Notes: generated by a model from the letters alone, not told the origin. Shown: positions 43,493 through 54,271, counted from the first letter of the whole stretch. The stretch is DNA of 63,973 bases, filler included, from Stramenopiles sp. TOSAG23-2 (GCA_900128395.1; 5 parts of 5 records of this genome joined end to end with filler, not necessarily neighbours in it); one strand, 5' to 3'. Translations and numbers: made by a program.

Positions 43493-45778
43493 ATGAAACG
43501 ACAACAAAATATTGGATATATGTTACTATGTCTATTGTTATGCAATAGTGTAGTGACAACATATTCCTCCATTGAACATAATGCAAAAACATATGGGAAA
43601 GCGAAATTTTTAAAAAAAGTACAAGATACTTTAGTAAAATTGAACGAACCACAAAGGATGCAAGCAAATGCAAATGCAAAAATTGCAAAGAAATTGAATT
43701 TATCGCCACCGCGTGTTGTGAAAAAGGTTGGGCGTGTGTCATATCATGTGAATCAACATTGGGATACAAGTAGTTTCGTTGAATTGCAACAACTAACTTC
43801 ACTTGAAGCATTAATTGATAATAGTATTGATAGTTTAAAACCTGCACATATGTCAAATCTTATGGCAATGCTTGAGTTAAGAAACAAAGAAGGTGGAGAA
43901 TTAGTAAAACGTGGTGATGATGCAGTCGAGGCAGACGACGATAAGTTTGGTACGCTGCGCATTGAATTAAAGCATTGCAAAGTCAACCGTGATTTAGATA
44001 ATAACGTAATTGATAAAGGCACAAATGATATTTTTATTGCTGCTAAAGTTGGTGGTGATAGCCCACGTTCCATGCGAAAAATCACGTTAACACATGACAA
44101 TACGGAAGAAATTAGTTTCAAAGAAGGTGATGTTGATAGTATGTTGGAATTTAAAAATGTTGAATATGAAGAATTGAAACATTTTAAATTATTTGCGCTT
44201 GATGATGATGTTTTAGGTTATGATACGATTGGTAAAACAAAACGACAAAGTTTAGATAGTACAAGTGATTTTGTTACAAAGAAACTTTATTATGGTAAAG
44301 ATAAAAAAAAAGTTGCTGGTACTATTACATATAAAGTTGATTGGATACCAGGTGCAGTAGCAGCAAAAGGTACGGAAGGTAAAGAATACCGAGCACCATG
44401 GAAACGATGGACGAAATTTCCAAACTATAATAAAAATAGTGATTATGGTAGTAAAATAGGAACACCCGGTGAACGCAATAAAGCACGTATCTTAGGTTTC
44501 GTAATTGGTCTATTTGCAGGTGCATCTGCTGGCATGTTAGATTTATTAGATCAGATTGGCGAAGGCTTTTTTGAAAATGTTGAAAATAATTGGGGACCAG
44601 TTGGTGAGCAATGGGAAAAAATGCAAGGCCATATGGCAAAAGCAGTAAAAAGTCCAAGCTTTAAAAATCTTAAAGCTGCATTGAAAGAATTGTTAAAAGT
44701 TGGCAAAGTATTGTTACAATTTTTATGGAAAATTGTTACAACGAAAGAATTTGCAATGATTGGTTTAATCATTGGTATGGTAGCAGTATTTATTGCTGTT
44801 GTTTCTATGTTGCCAACCAATTTTGCATTGATGTTTACCGTAATCAATGCCATTTTCTCTGCATGGTACATTTCTGATCAATTTGTTGATATTTATCATA
44901 ATTTGCACAAATGCGATGGTGGTAAATGCTTGCTTCATCATGTTTACAAAGGTTGGGGTGCTGTTGGAAGATTAATTGGCTATTGTTTAGCTGAATTCTT
45001 ATACATGAAATCCTTCCAAGATCTATGGAAACAAGGAAAATTGATGTTAGGAAAAATGAATAAAAATGGAGCATCAAAAATTAATATTGAAAAATTAACA
45101 AAAGCAACAAAGGTAAAAGCTGAACCAAAAGCATTGCCAAAGCCTGCACCAAAAGCAAAAGCACCAAAAGCACCAACAGCTAAACCTGTTGTAAAACCAC
45201 CAAAAGCAAAAGCACCAAAAGCACCAACAGCTAAACCTGTTGTAAAACCAAAAAAAGCTGCGCCAAAACCAATGCGTGATACCTATTATGCAGCCAGAGA
45301 TGCAAAAGCGCCAAAGGTTGAATCAGGAGAAGAAATAAAAAAACGTTTAGCTGTGACGATGAAAAAATATAAAGGCAAAGGAAAGGAAGATATGTTAACG
45401 GCAAATCCAATGGGTACTAGCTATTATGCATCTAGAAATGCAAAAGCAGCAAAGGTCGAAACTGGAGAAGAGATCAAGAAACGATTAGCAGTCACAATGA
45501 AAAAGTATAAGAAACCTGTCGTTGCCGATGATGCTGCAAAAGTGGCAGATGATGTAGTTAAACAAGCAGATGATGTAGTTAAAAAAGCAGATGATGTTGC
45601 AGCTGCAGCAAAACCTAAGAAAGATGTTTATGAAGAAGCAGCAAAAGCAGAAAAGAAGAAAAAAGCAGCAGAAAAATCAGAGCAAACAAACAAACGTGTT
45701 GAGCAAAAAAGGAAAGAAGTCATGTCAAAAGGTACTGATTATTGGGGCGCCATACCAAAAAAAAGAACTAGATTGTAG
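43493..45778 (+). CDS. Secreted or membrane protein with C2 domain, hydrophobic helical bundle and Lys/Ala/Pro-rich repetitive tail
   Basis: Signal peptide MKRQQNIGYMLLCLLLCNSVVTT; C2-like GTLRIEL..RDLD..NDIFI..ALDDDVLGYDTIGK..GTITYKVDW; hydrophobic helices; repeats KAKAPKAPTAKPVVKP x2 and YYA.R.AKA.KVE.GEEIKKRLAVTMKKYK x2. Confidence 0.75.
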   Translation: MKRQQNIGYMLLCLLLCNSVVTTYSSIEHNAKTYGKAKFLKKVQDTLVKLNEPQRMQANANAKIAKKLNLSPPRVVKKVGRVSYHVNQHWDTSSFVELQQLTSLEALIDNSIDSLKPAHMSNLMAMLELRNKEGGELVKRGDDAVEADDDKFGTLRIELKHCKVNRDLDNNVIDKGTNDIFIAAKVGGDSPRSMRKITLTHDNTEEISFKEGDVDSMLEFKNVEYEELKHFKLFALDDDVLGYDTIGKTKRQSLDSTSDFVTKKLYYGKDKKKVAGTITYKVDWIPGAVAAKGTEGKEYRAPWKRWTKFPNYNKNSDYGSKIGTPGERNKARILGFVIGLFAGASAGMLDLLDQIGEGFFENVENNWGPVGEQWEKMQGHMAKAVKSPSFKNLKAALKELLKVGKVLLQFLWKIVTTKEFAMIGLIIGMVAVFIAVVSMLPTNFALMFTVINAIFSAWYISDQFVDIYHNLHKCDGGKCLLHHVYKGWGAVGRLIGYCLAEFLYMKSFQDLWKQGKLMLGKMNKNGASKINIEKLTKATKVKAEPKALPKPAPKAKAPKAPTAKPVVKPPKAKAPKAPTAKPVVKPKKAAPKPMRDTYYAARDAKAPKVESGEEIKKRLAVTMKKYKGKGKEDMLTANPMGTSYYASRNAKAAKVETGEEIKKRLAVTMKKYKKPVVADDAAKVADDVVKQADDVVKKADDVAAAAKPKKDVYEEAAKAEKKKKAAEKSEQTNKRVEQKRKEVMSKGTDYWGAIPKKRTRL

Positions 45779-46206
45779 AGAGAGAGAGATAAATATATAA
45801 CACAGGGAGATATAGTTATGCACATATATATATGGCCAATAATAATAAATAATATTATTTTATATAAAAAAAATAACTTTATCTTTTTTACGAAGGAAGT
45901 ATTAATAAATATTTTTTAATAATATAATATAATACTGTGTTCCTGCTATTTATAATACAGGTATAATTATATAATGTTGTGTTGGACAGACAAATTAAAA
46001 TATTATTTATTTATATTTATATATATTAGAAGACTTTACATATATATATAATTAAAGTGAAGGGAACAAAAAAAAAGTAGTCAAATTTGCACAAATAAAT
46101 CATAGATAATTTTGATATATTGAGATATACATATATATATATGTATATGAATAAAATATAAAATTAATTTGCCATAGATATTATTGTTATAAAATTATTA
46201 TATATT

Positions 46207-48174
46207 ATGTCATCATTACCATTGAAACAACAACCGCTTCCAAAATCAACACCAGATGAACAACTATTAACATCATATGAAGTTATTATTATTGGTGCAG
46301 GGCCAATTGGTATGTGCATGGCTAATTTTTTAGGTCAAAGAGGGCATACAGTATTGGTAATTGAAAAGTCGGATGGTGGAAAAACCAATCCAAGGGCTAT
46401 ATCAATGGATCCAGGGACAGTACGAATGTTACAACGTATTGGTTTGGGGGATGAGATGCAAGTTAATTTATATCAAATGTTAGGTGGTGTTTTAATTTCG
46501 GGTAGTTGCTATAATGAACCTGGCACAGAAGTTCATATAGTAAATGGAAGAGCAAGGGATGTTAAAGGCAAGCCTGGAAATTGGGAAGGTCTTGATACAC
46601 AAGTGCCAATGAATAAAAACGTTGGTAGATTTGCTGGATCATTTTATCAACCTGAATTGGAACGCTTGTTACGAACTGGCATGGAACGTTTTTCAACAAA
46701 CGTTCACGTAAAATATCAAACATTTATAACAAATGTAATGCAGGAACAAACTGTTGTTACTGTAAACGCACGTCCATCTAAATTTCGTTGGAAAAAAACT
46801 GTTGGAAATGAATATATATATGAAGATCTTGGAGCTGGTGATGGTCCAGAACTTACATTTAAAGCAAAATATGCTCTTGGTTGTGATGGCGGCGCATCAG
46901 AAACACGAATTTCAATTAATCAACCATTAAAAGATACATTTGGATATTATTCCTTAGATTTTGATGAGCCATGGGTTGTTGTTGATATTGAAGTATTTGA
47001 TGAAAAAGCTATCGGGTCTAAACTTCCTGTTGTTGCACAACAGATTTGCGACCCAATCCGCGTATCAACTATTGTTCCTGGTTCAAGAATTACCGATGGA
47101 AATAATGGTCGTCAATATCGTTGGGAATTTCAAATGGCACATGGGGAGGATCCAGATACGATGTCATCAGCTAAACGTTTAGCTGAACCTGATTTAATTG
47201 GACGTTGGTTAGATCCTACAGAATATCGTATGGTACGTAGTGCATATTATACTTTTCATTCTTTGATTGCACCTGAGTGGGTCGATAATAGAATCATACT
47301 TGCAGGTGATTCTGCACATCAAACGCCACCCTTTTTAGGGCAAGGTTTGAACCAAGGTTTCAGGGATTGTTCAAATCTTGAATGGCGTTTATCCGCTAAA
47401 TTAAAAGATGAAGAAAATGAGAATAATAATATGGTTGCCCATGCAATATTTGATCAATATGTTGGTGAAAACTTACCAGAAGCACTTTTATGGATTAAAG
47501 GAGCTGATGATATTGGGGAGATGATGAATACATTCTCACTAGCAGATGAAAAATTAGGACGAAAAGGCTTGGATCTTATGGACAAAGCATTTAAAGGCAC
47601 TGGTTATGAATTCCCATTTCGTCCTGATTTATTAAAGGCACAAGTCCAAAGTTTCGTCCTTCCACAACCACCAGCAAAACATACAGATCATTGGAACTTG
47701 ACTATATCAGATATGAATGGAAATCCAAATCATCCTATAAGACATCCTAATGGCGAGACATGGTCTGATGATATTTTAGGTAATGGTTTTTGTATTCTTA
47801 CAACATCATCATCATTCAGCTCTAATGATCTTTCTAATCAAAATTTATTTCATGCATTGAAAAATTTAGTAGATTTAAATGTTGTATGCGTAGAAGATTA
47901 TTTAAAACCAAGCAGTCAAACAATTGATACATTCATGCAAGGTCAATTTTTGAAACAAAAAGCTATGTTAGTTCGTCCAGATCGTAAAATTATAAGTTGG
48001 GGTGAACCAAATGTATTGCTAGAAAAATTATCTCAATTTTTGAAGACCCCAGAGATCCCAGAGAGAATTCCATTGGTTGAAACAATCGATCACATTGTTA
48101 AGACAGGCGTAGTAGTTGAGGCAGGTAAAATACTCGAAGCTGCTGCAACAACTGGCGGCAATAGTAAATTGTAA
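46207..48174 (+). CDS. FAD-dependent aromatic monooxygenase, MhpA (3-(3-hydroxyphenyl)propionate hydroxylase)-like
   Basis: IIGAGPIG, PRAISMD, FYQPELERLL, GCDGGAS, RWEF, LAGDSAHQTPPFLGQGLNQGFRD, LVRPD. Protein ends in SKL. Confidence 0.88.
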   Translation: MSSLPLKQQPLPKSTPDEQLLTSYEVIIIGAGPIGMCMANFLGQRGHTVLVIEKSDGGKTNPRAISMDPGTVRMLQRIGLGDEMQVNLYQMLGGVLISGSCYNEPGTEVHIVNGRARDVKGKPGNWEGLDTQVPMNKNVGRFAGSFYQPELERLLRTGMERFSTNVHVKYQTFITNVMQEQTVVTVNARPSKFRWKKTVGNEYIYEDLGAGDGPELTFKAKYALGCDGGASETRISINQPLKDTFGYYSLDFDEPWVVVDIEVFDEKAIGSKLPVVAQQICDPIRVSTIVPGSRITDGNNGRQYRWEFQMAHGEDPDTMSSAKRLAEPDLIGRWLDPTEYRMVRSAYYTFHSLIAPEWVDNRIILAGDSAHQTPPFLGQGLNQGFRDCSNLEWRLSAKLKDEENENNNMVAHAIFDQYVGENLPEALLWIKGADDIGEMMNTFSLADEKLGRKGLDLMDKAFKGTGYEFPFRPDLLKAQVQSFVLPQPPAKHTDHWNLTISDMNGNPNHPIRHPNGETWSDDILGNGFCILTTSSSFSSNDLSNQNLFHALKNLVDLNVVCVEDYLKPSSQTIDTFMQGQFLKQKAMLVRPDRKIISWGEPNVLLEKLSQFLKTPEIPERIPLVETIDHIVKTGVVVEAGKILEAAATTGGNSKL

Positions 48175-48516
48175 AAAAGAAAGTTTTGAGATTGTATAAT
48201 TTTGTTTATTTTTTTATATAACGCGCGTATAAAATATGAGATATTAAATATTTTACATAATATGTGATATTCGTATTTGTTTAAACATAAAAGTATAATA
48301 CATGCATATAATATACACTTTAAAATATATATGTATTTTGATGTGTACAGAGAGAGAAAAATGGTATTATGTGGTATGTGTGTGCGTGCATGTTGATGTA
48401 CGAACTCAAAACAATTTTTTCTTGTTTTTAAATAGAGAGAAAAATATTAAAAATATATGATGACATTATCTTTATATACACGGTGTGAAACATAACTCTC
48501 TTTTTAATTTTATTTA

Positions 48517-50646
48517 CTACTCGCTGCTTCTTTGAAGAGTTTCGATGGTTCTCTTCTGTTGCTGCAACATAAAAAACATTGTTGACAAAATAGCATCGTC
48601 TGAGCTGCCGTGACTCAAAAGTGAATGAAGTTGCACATCGTATAATTTCTTACTGTCCACTTCAATCTTTTTCTCATTAGTATCTGGTTCTTCCATATTT
48701 GTATTATTGACGTCATCATTATTTACAACATTTCCTTCTAGTAAGGATAGCATTCTAGATAATTTCGTATTTCGTGTAATCATATACCATTTATCAAATG
48801 CTATCTCATTAGCTGTTTCGTGGTATTCGCTTAAAAAATCTTCATTGCGAGACAATTCCAAAAATTTTGGTGATCGTAATAAGGCTTTCCACAATGCTTT
48901 AATTATCCGCTTTTTGACTTTAGCTTCATATTCAGGATACATGGTTAATACTTCTTGAAAATCTCGACTTTTCAAAGAAAACGTTTGACAATAATTTATC
49001 GTTTCGACTGTCATAATGCGTTCCCCTTCAAACATTAAACTTCGATATCCAAACACATCTCCATCATGTAGCTTTGTGTAAACTGTGACAACTTCTTCCG
49101 CATCAGTTTTTTCATAATAAGCACGCGCATCGCCGTTAAGCAATAAATACATCCCATCGCCATGTGCATGTTGCCTATAAATAATTTCATGCGGGCAAAA
49201 GGGTTGAGGAATTAAGCGTATACAAACAGCACCCAGAACATCATTGGATGCATTTTCAAAATATGATATATTCTTCAATATTTCACCGTATGAACTATAC
49301 ATTATTTTTTCTTTCATGGTGTCACTTAACTGTTCTAAAACGTAATCTTTGTTATTGTAAACTTTGGGATGTTCAAATCTATAATATGTTTGTTTTCGAG
49401 CCAACTCTCTTAAATGAACTGGCACAGATTCTAAGTCCATGAAATCATTCAATTGATCCATGTAATTTTGAAAAGTAAAATCACGTGCTTGCAAACCATC
49501 AATTATAATACAAAAGTTACCGACTACGTAAGCAAATACAAATGTAGCGAAAAGCATCACCATCGTGAAGAAGATTTTTTCCCCAAAATTCGAAGCGATG
49601 ACATCACCATACCCAGTCGTAGTTAAAGTTGTCATCGCCCAATAAATACCAGTCACGTAAATTTCTTTAATATCGGCATGTCTTAACGGATTGCCATAGC
49701 TATCTAGTTGATGGTCTAACCACGATTCTGACGTATCATCCCCTAAAAGGGTTACCATGTACAGCGCACATGATAATATATGTGTCAAGAAAATAATTAG
49801 AAAAATAAACTTAAAAACTCGTAGCAAGCCATAACGATACATAGTCCCTAAATTCCTTTCAACCCGCACAAAGATTTTGACCATTTTTAAGACTTTCGAT
49901 AACTTCAATAATCGTACAATTTTTATAACTCGCGGAACACGAGTAACGCTACTATTACTATTACCACTAAATAGTTCAAACGGTATAATAGATAATAGAT
50001 CTATCCAAAACCAGCCTGGACCGTGGCGAAACGTGCCTAAATATCTCACCATCGCTTCCCCCTGGCTAAACCGTAAACGCCCGTCCTGGTCCGATCTCCA
50101 AGCGGTACGAACTGTTATAAACATATCAGCTATAAATATGAAATCAATCAAACGATCTAAAACAAAATATGGCAGCCATCCTTCAACATTTGACCATGTC
50201 ATGAACTCCGAGAAATATGAGATTTGAAGAGGTGTAAAAATACTGACCCAAATTAACGTTAGGGACATAACAATATCCCACTTCCATCTCATAGGACTTT
50301 CTGGCGTTAACAAGAAATAAGGATAGTCAGTAGAAATGCCTGAAGTATCCTGTTGATGTGAATAATTCTTTTCCTTAGCAGTCGCAAATCCAAGCGCTTT
50401 AAATGGGTTGTCCGTATCATTTGTGGCAGAATGTAGAATATCAAATCTATTATTTGTATTTACTGCAAAGCTTCTTTTGCTTGATGTTCTTTTATAACGT
50501 TTCCTTTTGTTCGTAGGCGACTTCTTTTCTACATCATTTCCTACTTGCATTGGATTCTTTGTTGGCATATGAAGTTCTTTAGTTGGCATATGAAGTTCTT
50601 TAGAAGGAACTCCTTTGTTTCGGTTACGCATCATAACAGCCTTCAT
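48517..50646 (-). CDS. Voltage-gated K+ channel with cyclic-nucleotide-binding domain (KCNH/CNGK-like)
   Basis: S4 RVPRVIKIVRLLKLSK, pore YWAMTTLTTTGYGD, C-linker and CNBD (GDGMYLL..GDVFG..RIMTV). Confidence 0.92.
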   Translation of the reverse strand: MKAVMMRNRNKGVPSKELHMPTKELHMPTKNPMQVGNDVEKKSPTNKRKRYKRTSSKRSFAVNTNNRFDILHSATNDTDNPFKALGFATAKEKNYSHQQDTSGISTDYPYFLLTPESPMRWKWDIVMSLTLIWVSIFTPLQISYFSEFMTWSNVEGWLPYFVLDRLIDFIFIADMFITVRTAWRSDQDGRLRFSQGEAMVRYLGTFRHGPGWFWIDLLSIIPFELFSGNSNSSVTRVPRVIKIVRLLKLSKVLKMVKIFVRVERNLGTMYRYGLLRVFKFIFLIIFLTHILSCALYMVTLLGDDTSESWLDHQLDSYGNPLRHADIKEIYVTGIYWAMTTLTTTGYGDVIASNFGEKIFFTMVMLFATFVFAYVVGNFCIIIDGLQARDFTFQNYMDQLNDFMDLESVPVHLRELARKQTYYRFEHPKVYNNKDYVLEQLSDTMKEKIMYSSYGEILKNISYFENASNDVLGAVCIRLIPQPFCPHEIIYRQHAHGDGMYLLLNGDARAYYEKTDAEEVVTVYTKLHDGDVFGYRSLMFEGERIMTVETINYCQTFSLKSRDFQEVLTMYPEYEAKVKKRIIKALWKALLRSPKFLELSRNEDFLSEYHETANEIAFDKWYMITRNTKLSRMLSLLEGNVVNNDDVNNTNMEEPDTNEKKIEVDSKKLYDVQLHSLLSHGSSDDAILSTMFFMLQQQKRTIETLQRSSE

Positions 50647-51534
50647 GCTTATCTATTATACTCTATATTTATGACTTTACACAAATACGCGAATATATGT
50701 AAGAAAAATATGTTTGTTTTCTCTTATACTATGTATGTATACGTTGTAATAAATGTTAATATTAATATAGTGTTTATATGTTTATTCATTGTTATATATT
50801 TAGACTTTTGCCATATATTATATATATATTATTAAAGTGCTATATACTTCTGTAGTATAATATGTGCCAATGTCTTACAAGGGACGGACTATACAACGAC
50901 GACTATACAACGACGACTATGCAAAAAAATAAAAAAAAATTAAGAAGTTCAACAAAAATCCGTATATTGATAATCTGTGGTGATTTTTGTATGTTTAAAT
51001 ACCAGGTATAGGCTTATATAACTTTCCTATTGTACAATGTAAATGTAAAAAGAACATCCAAAAACGCCGTATCCAATTAATAGAATTTTTGGATATTTGG
51101 CAGATTATGATTCTTCTTAAACTTGAACACTATTATTGGATTATTGGTATTAAAATACAATATTATAGTATACAATGTGTATTATAATGTGTATAGGATA
51201 AGTGGAAAACCAGGATAACCGGATAACTCTATACAATAACTCTTCTGAAAGGAGTGGAAAAGGCTGTGGGCACACTTTTACTACCACGGTGGTAATAACA
51301 GTAGTAGTATATAATAGTAACTATATTAGATAGGCTGGAGCTAATGGGCGACAGCTAGTATTAGCTTTACTCGTATACTAATACGAATTTGTTTTTAAGG
51401 TTATTATATATTTATAAAAATAATAATAAAAAATAAATAATTTTAATAAATTTAAATTGATATTTAATTATTTATTGCTTACCAGAGGATTACCTGACAA
51501 AAGTTTTTTTCCCACATCAAAAAAAGCTTATCTA

Positions 51535-51836
51535 TTTTTTGATTTCTCAATATCATACGTATGTAATATAAAAATATTCATCTTCCCTCCTCCCCCCCCC
51601 CTGTCTTGTTTTCTTAAGAATTAAATACATTTTCATGAATCGTATTTTTCGTCATTATATAAAACGTCATGTAAGAAAATATTCTTTTTTTTGATTTCTC
51701 AATATCATACGTATGTAATATAAAAATATTCATCTTCCCTCCTCCCCCCCCCCTGTCTTGTTTTCTTAAGAATTAAATACATTTTCATGAATCGTATTTT
51801 TCGTCATTATATAAAACGTCATGTAAGAAAATATTC
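51535..51836. repeat. Exact tandem duplication (period 152 bp) of the PhyH gene start
   Basis: ttgatttctcaatatcatacg...gtaagaaaatattct appears twice; ATG at 51635 and 51787. Confidence 0.9.
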
Positions 51837-52827
51837 TTCATCGAATAGTTGTAATAATATTAATAATAATCATAAATGCAATAATACTATTAAATATAAA
51901 CAATATGGTATTATAACAGCAACGGCAGCGTTTGTATATTCGTCTACATCATCGTTGGAAGATCAAAATAGATATACTATTGGAAATGTTATAAATGAAG
52001 ATTTAGAAGATATGTTTCAACATGGATATACACGATTGAAAGGTTTGAAATTAAATAAAAGTAGTACTAAAATTTGCAATAACATTAATTTATTGAAAAT
52101 AACAAATCCTGATGGTAAAAGTATCAGCAAGAACAATGATAATAGTAAAAGCAAAACGGCACCAGTTGAAGTAACAAAAGGTCGATTTCATTTATGGTTA
52201 AATACATCGTACACTCAATTTTTAACTAGATTAACCAATGAAGGTCACTATAATAAAAATAATAATAAATCTAATGCTTGGAAATATATAATACATGAAA
52301 TCGATAGAAAATTAAATTCATTTGTTAAAGAATATTTTCATCATCATGGTTTTGTCAATTCAGATCAATATGTAATGACGCAATTGCAATTGTTAATATC
52401 GGATCCAGCAAGTGAAGATCAGTTTTTTCATGTTGATAATACCGCTTGTGGTTTGACATTTGTAATAGCACTTGATGATATTGAAATGGCAAAAGGTCCA
52501 ACTGAATTATTATATAAAAGTTATTTATTACATAATTCGACAGGACAATTTAATTTTTCAAAAAATATTTTTATCAACAACAAGAAAAAATCAACAAATG
52601 ATTCATCAACAAAAATGGTTACATATACACCAATTCACGCAACATTAAAAGAAGGAGAAATATTTGTATTTGATTCAAGAACATTACACCGTGGTCTTGG
52701 TAATATATCAAAAGAACAACGGCCTGTGATAATTATACGATATGATCATGTTAAATATTTACCACCAGGTTCTGGGATATTATGGACAATGTTTTTAAAA
52801 CGCTTAGGAAAATATTTACGAACATAA
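51787..52827 (+). CDS. Phytanoyl-CoA dioxygenase (PhyH) family 2OG-Fe(II) oxygenase, probably mitochondrial
   Basis: DQFFHVD, IALDDI..GPTE, FDSRTLHRGLGN..RP; basic presequence. Confidence 0.85.
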   Translation: MNRIFRHYIKRHVRKYSSSNSCNNINNNHKCNNTIKYKQYGIITATAAFVYSSTSSLEDQNRYTIGNVINEDLEDMFQHGYTRLKGLKLNKSSTKICNNINLLKITNPDGKSISKNNDNSKSKTAPVEVTKGRFHLWLNTSYTQFLTRLTNEGHYNKNNNKSNAWKYIIHEIDRKLNSFVKEYFHHHGFVNSDQYVMTQLQLLISDPASEDQFFHVDNTACGLTFVIALDDIEMAKGPTELLYKSYLLHNSTGQFNFSKNIFINNKKKSTNDSSTKMVTYTPIHATLKEGEIFVFDSRTLHRGLGNISKEQRPVIIIRYDHVKYLPPGSGILWTMFLKRLGKYLRT

Positions 52828-53236
52828 AATGTCAAAGATGTGTGTGGGAATAAGTTTTGTCCTAAACACAGCAAATGTGTTTTTAATGTTTTCCTTTAAC
52901 ATACGAAATTCTTTTAAAAAATTGTATATATATATATTATAGAAGTTTTCTTTGTAAAATTATTTAATCGAACGCGCAGAAAAAAGTTTTTTTTCTCTTT
53001 TTCTAGATAGAAAAGCTTTTCTTTCCAGCTTTATTTATATTTAATAAAAATTAGAAAAAAAAATAAAAACGGCAAAAATGATGGATGTATCTTAATGCTA
53101 TTTCCATATTATTGGAAAAGTCAGCTCTGGCAAAGTGTTGTGTTTTCTTCCCTCCGAGATGACTATTCTGACTAAATATAATTAGAAGTCGTAAATCAAA
53201 AAATCAAAATAATAATAGAAAATAGAGAATACATAT

Positions 53237-54019
53237 ATGCACATCAACAAAGGAGATAATAAGATTACTAACAAAACGATGAAAAAAACAACAACGATGA
53301 GCACGACAACAACAACGAAAATGCAAAATAAACGCAAAAGAAATGATACGACGCCAAGTCTTGAAGATAAAATGTCGCATCATCTTGATGATACACCAAA
53401 TACGAAGAAAAAAACATTTTCAATTCAAAAAAAACAAGAAGATAATAGTGCTGATGATGTGAAACCAGTGAAAAAAAAATTAAAGTTCTTTGATTTTGAA
53501 CGTAATGTAGATGCAAGCAAACCGCTCGGTACTATGAGCAATCCTGTATTTTTCTCATCAAGTGGTAAACCTTTCGATACGTATACTAATGTTACAATGA
53601 ATGATTTCGTTGAAGATGGATTGTCACAAGTCGATTTTCTTAATGTTGTTTCAAATAATAATAATAATAATAATGATATTAATAATTCGACGTTGTCTTC
53701 AGAATTTCAAATTGAACCTGAACTTGCTGATATTAATGAAAAACTTATTGTTGGCGAACCTGAAAATAATGAAAAAGATATTGAAGTATCGGAAGTTAAT
53801 GTTGATATTGGTATCGATGACGTTGATGATGTCAAGAAAATTAGTCCGACAAACGTTGCTCATGATTTTGGGTTCTGTACTTGGGCAGATGAAAAAAGAC
53901 ATGACGATTCTATTAGAGATTTATCAGTTGCAGAAGATTTATTGAATACACATTTTAATAATGCGAAAGGTGATGCACATTACAATAAACAAACCTACTA
54001 TGACGAACATTTGTTGTAG
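53237..54019 (+). CDS. Hypothetical low-complexity protein, likely nuclear
   Basis: 260-aa ORF with coding-like composition and NLS-like KRKR and KKKLK. Start codon uncertain. Confidence 0.55.
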   Translation: MHINKGDNKITNKTMKKTTTMSTTTTTKMQNKRKRNDTTPSLEDKMSHHLDDTPNTKKKTFSIQKKQEDNSADDVKPVKKKLKFFDFERNVDASKPLGTMSNPVFFSSSGKPFDTYTNVTMNDFVEDGLSQVDFLNVVSNNNNNNNDINNSTLSSEFQIEPELADINEKLIVGEPENNEKDIEVSEVNVDIGIDDVDDVKKISPTNVAHDFGFCTWADEKRHDDSIRDLSVAEDLLNTHFNNAKGDAHYNKQTYYDEHLL

Positions 54020-54271
54020 AAGGTGAAATTCAACAGTAAACACACATTCTAAAATATGATATACGTCTAGAGAGTATTGTATATATTATATATATATATA
54101 TTAGTTATAAAAAAAAGAAATGTAAAACATTTTTCAATGTAAACAAAAACACAAAGAGAGATATAAAGGTAATGAAAAACAAAATTTAAAAAAAAAGACA
54201 CAAACAAAATGAAAAAATACACGGGAGTGTACGACGTACGTAAAAAAAATAAAAAAACTCTCACACACTTT

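Noticed and set aside
20664..50646. Apparent cAMP module: soluble cyclase plus cyclic-nucleotide-binding K+ channel
   Set aside because: The genes are on different contigs joined artificially, so there is no evidence of linkage.
50887..50920. Short gactatacaacgac tandem, and the KELHMPT x2 repeat at the channel N-terminus
   Set aside because: Ordinary slippage minisatellites.
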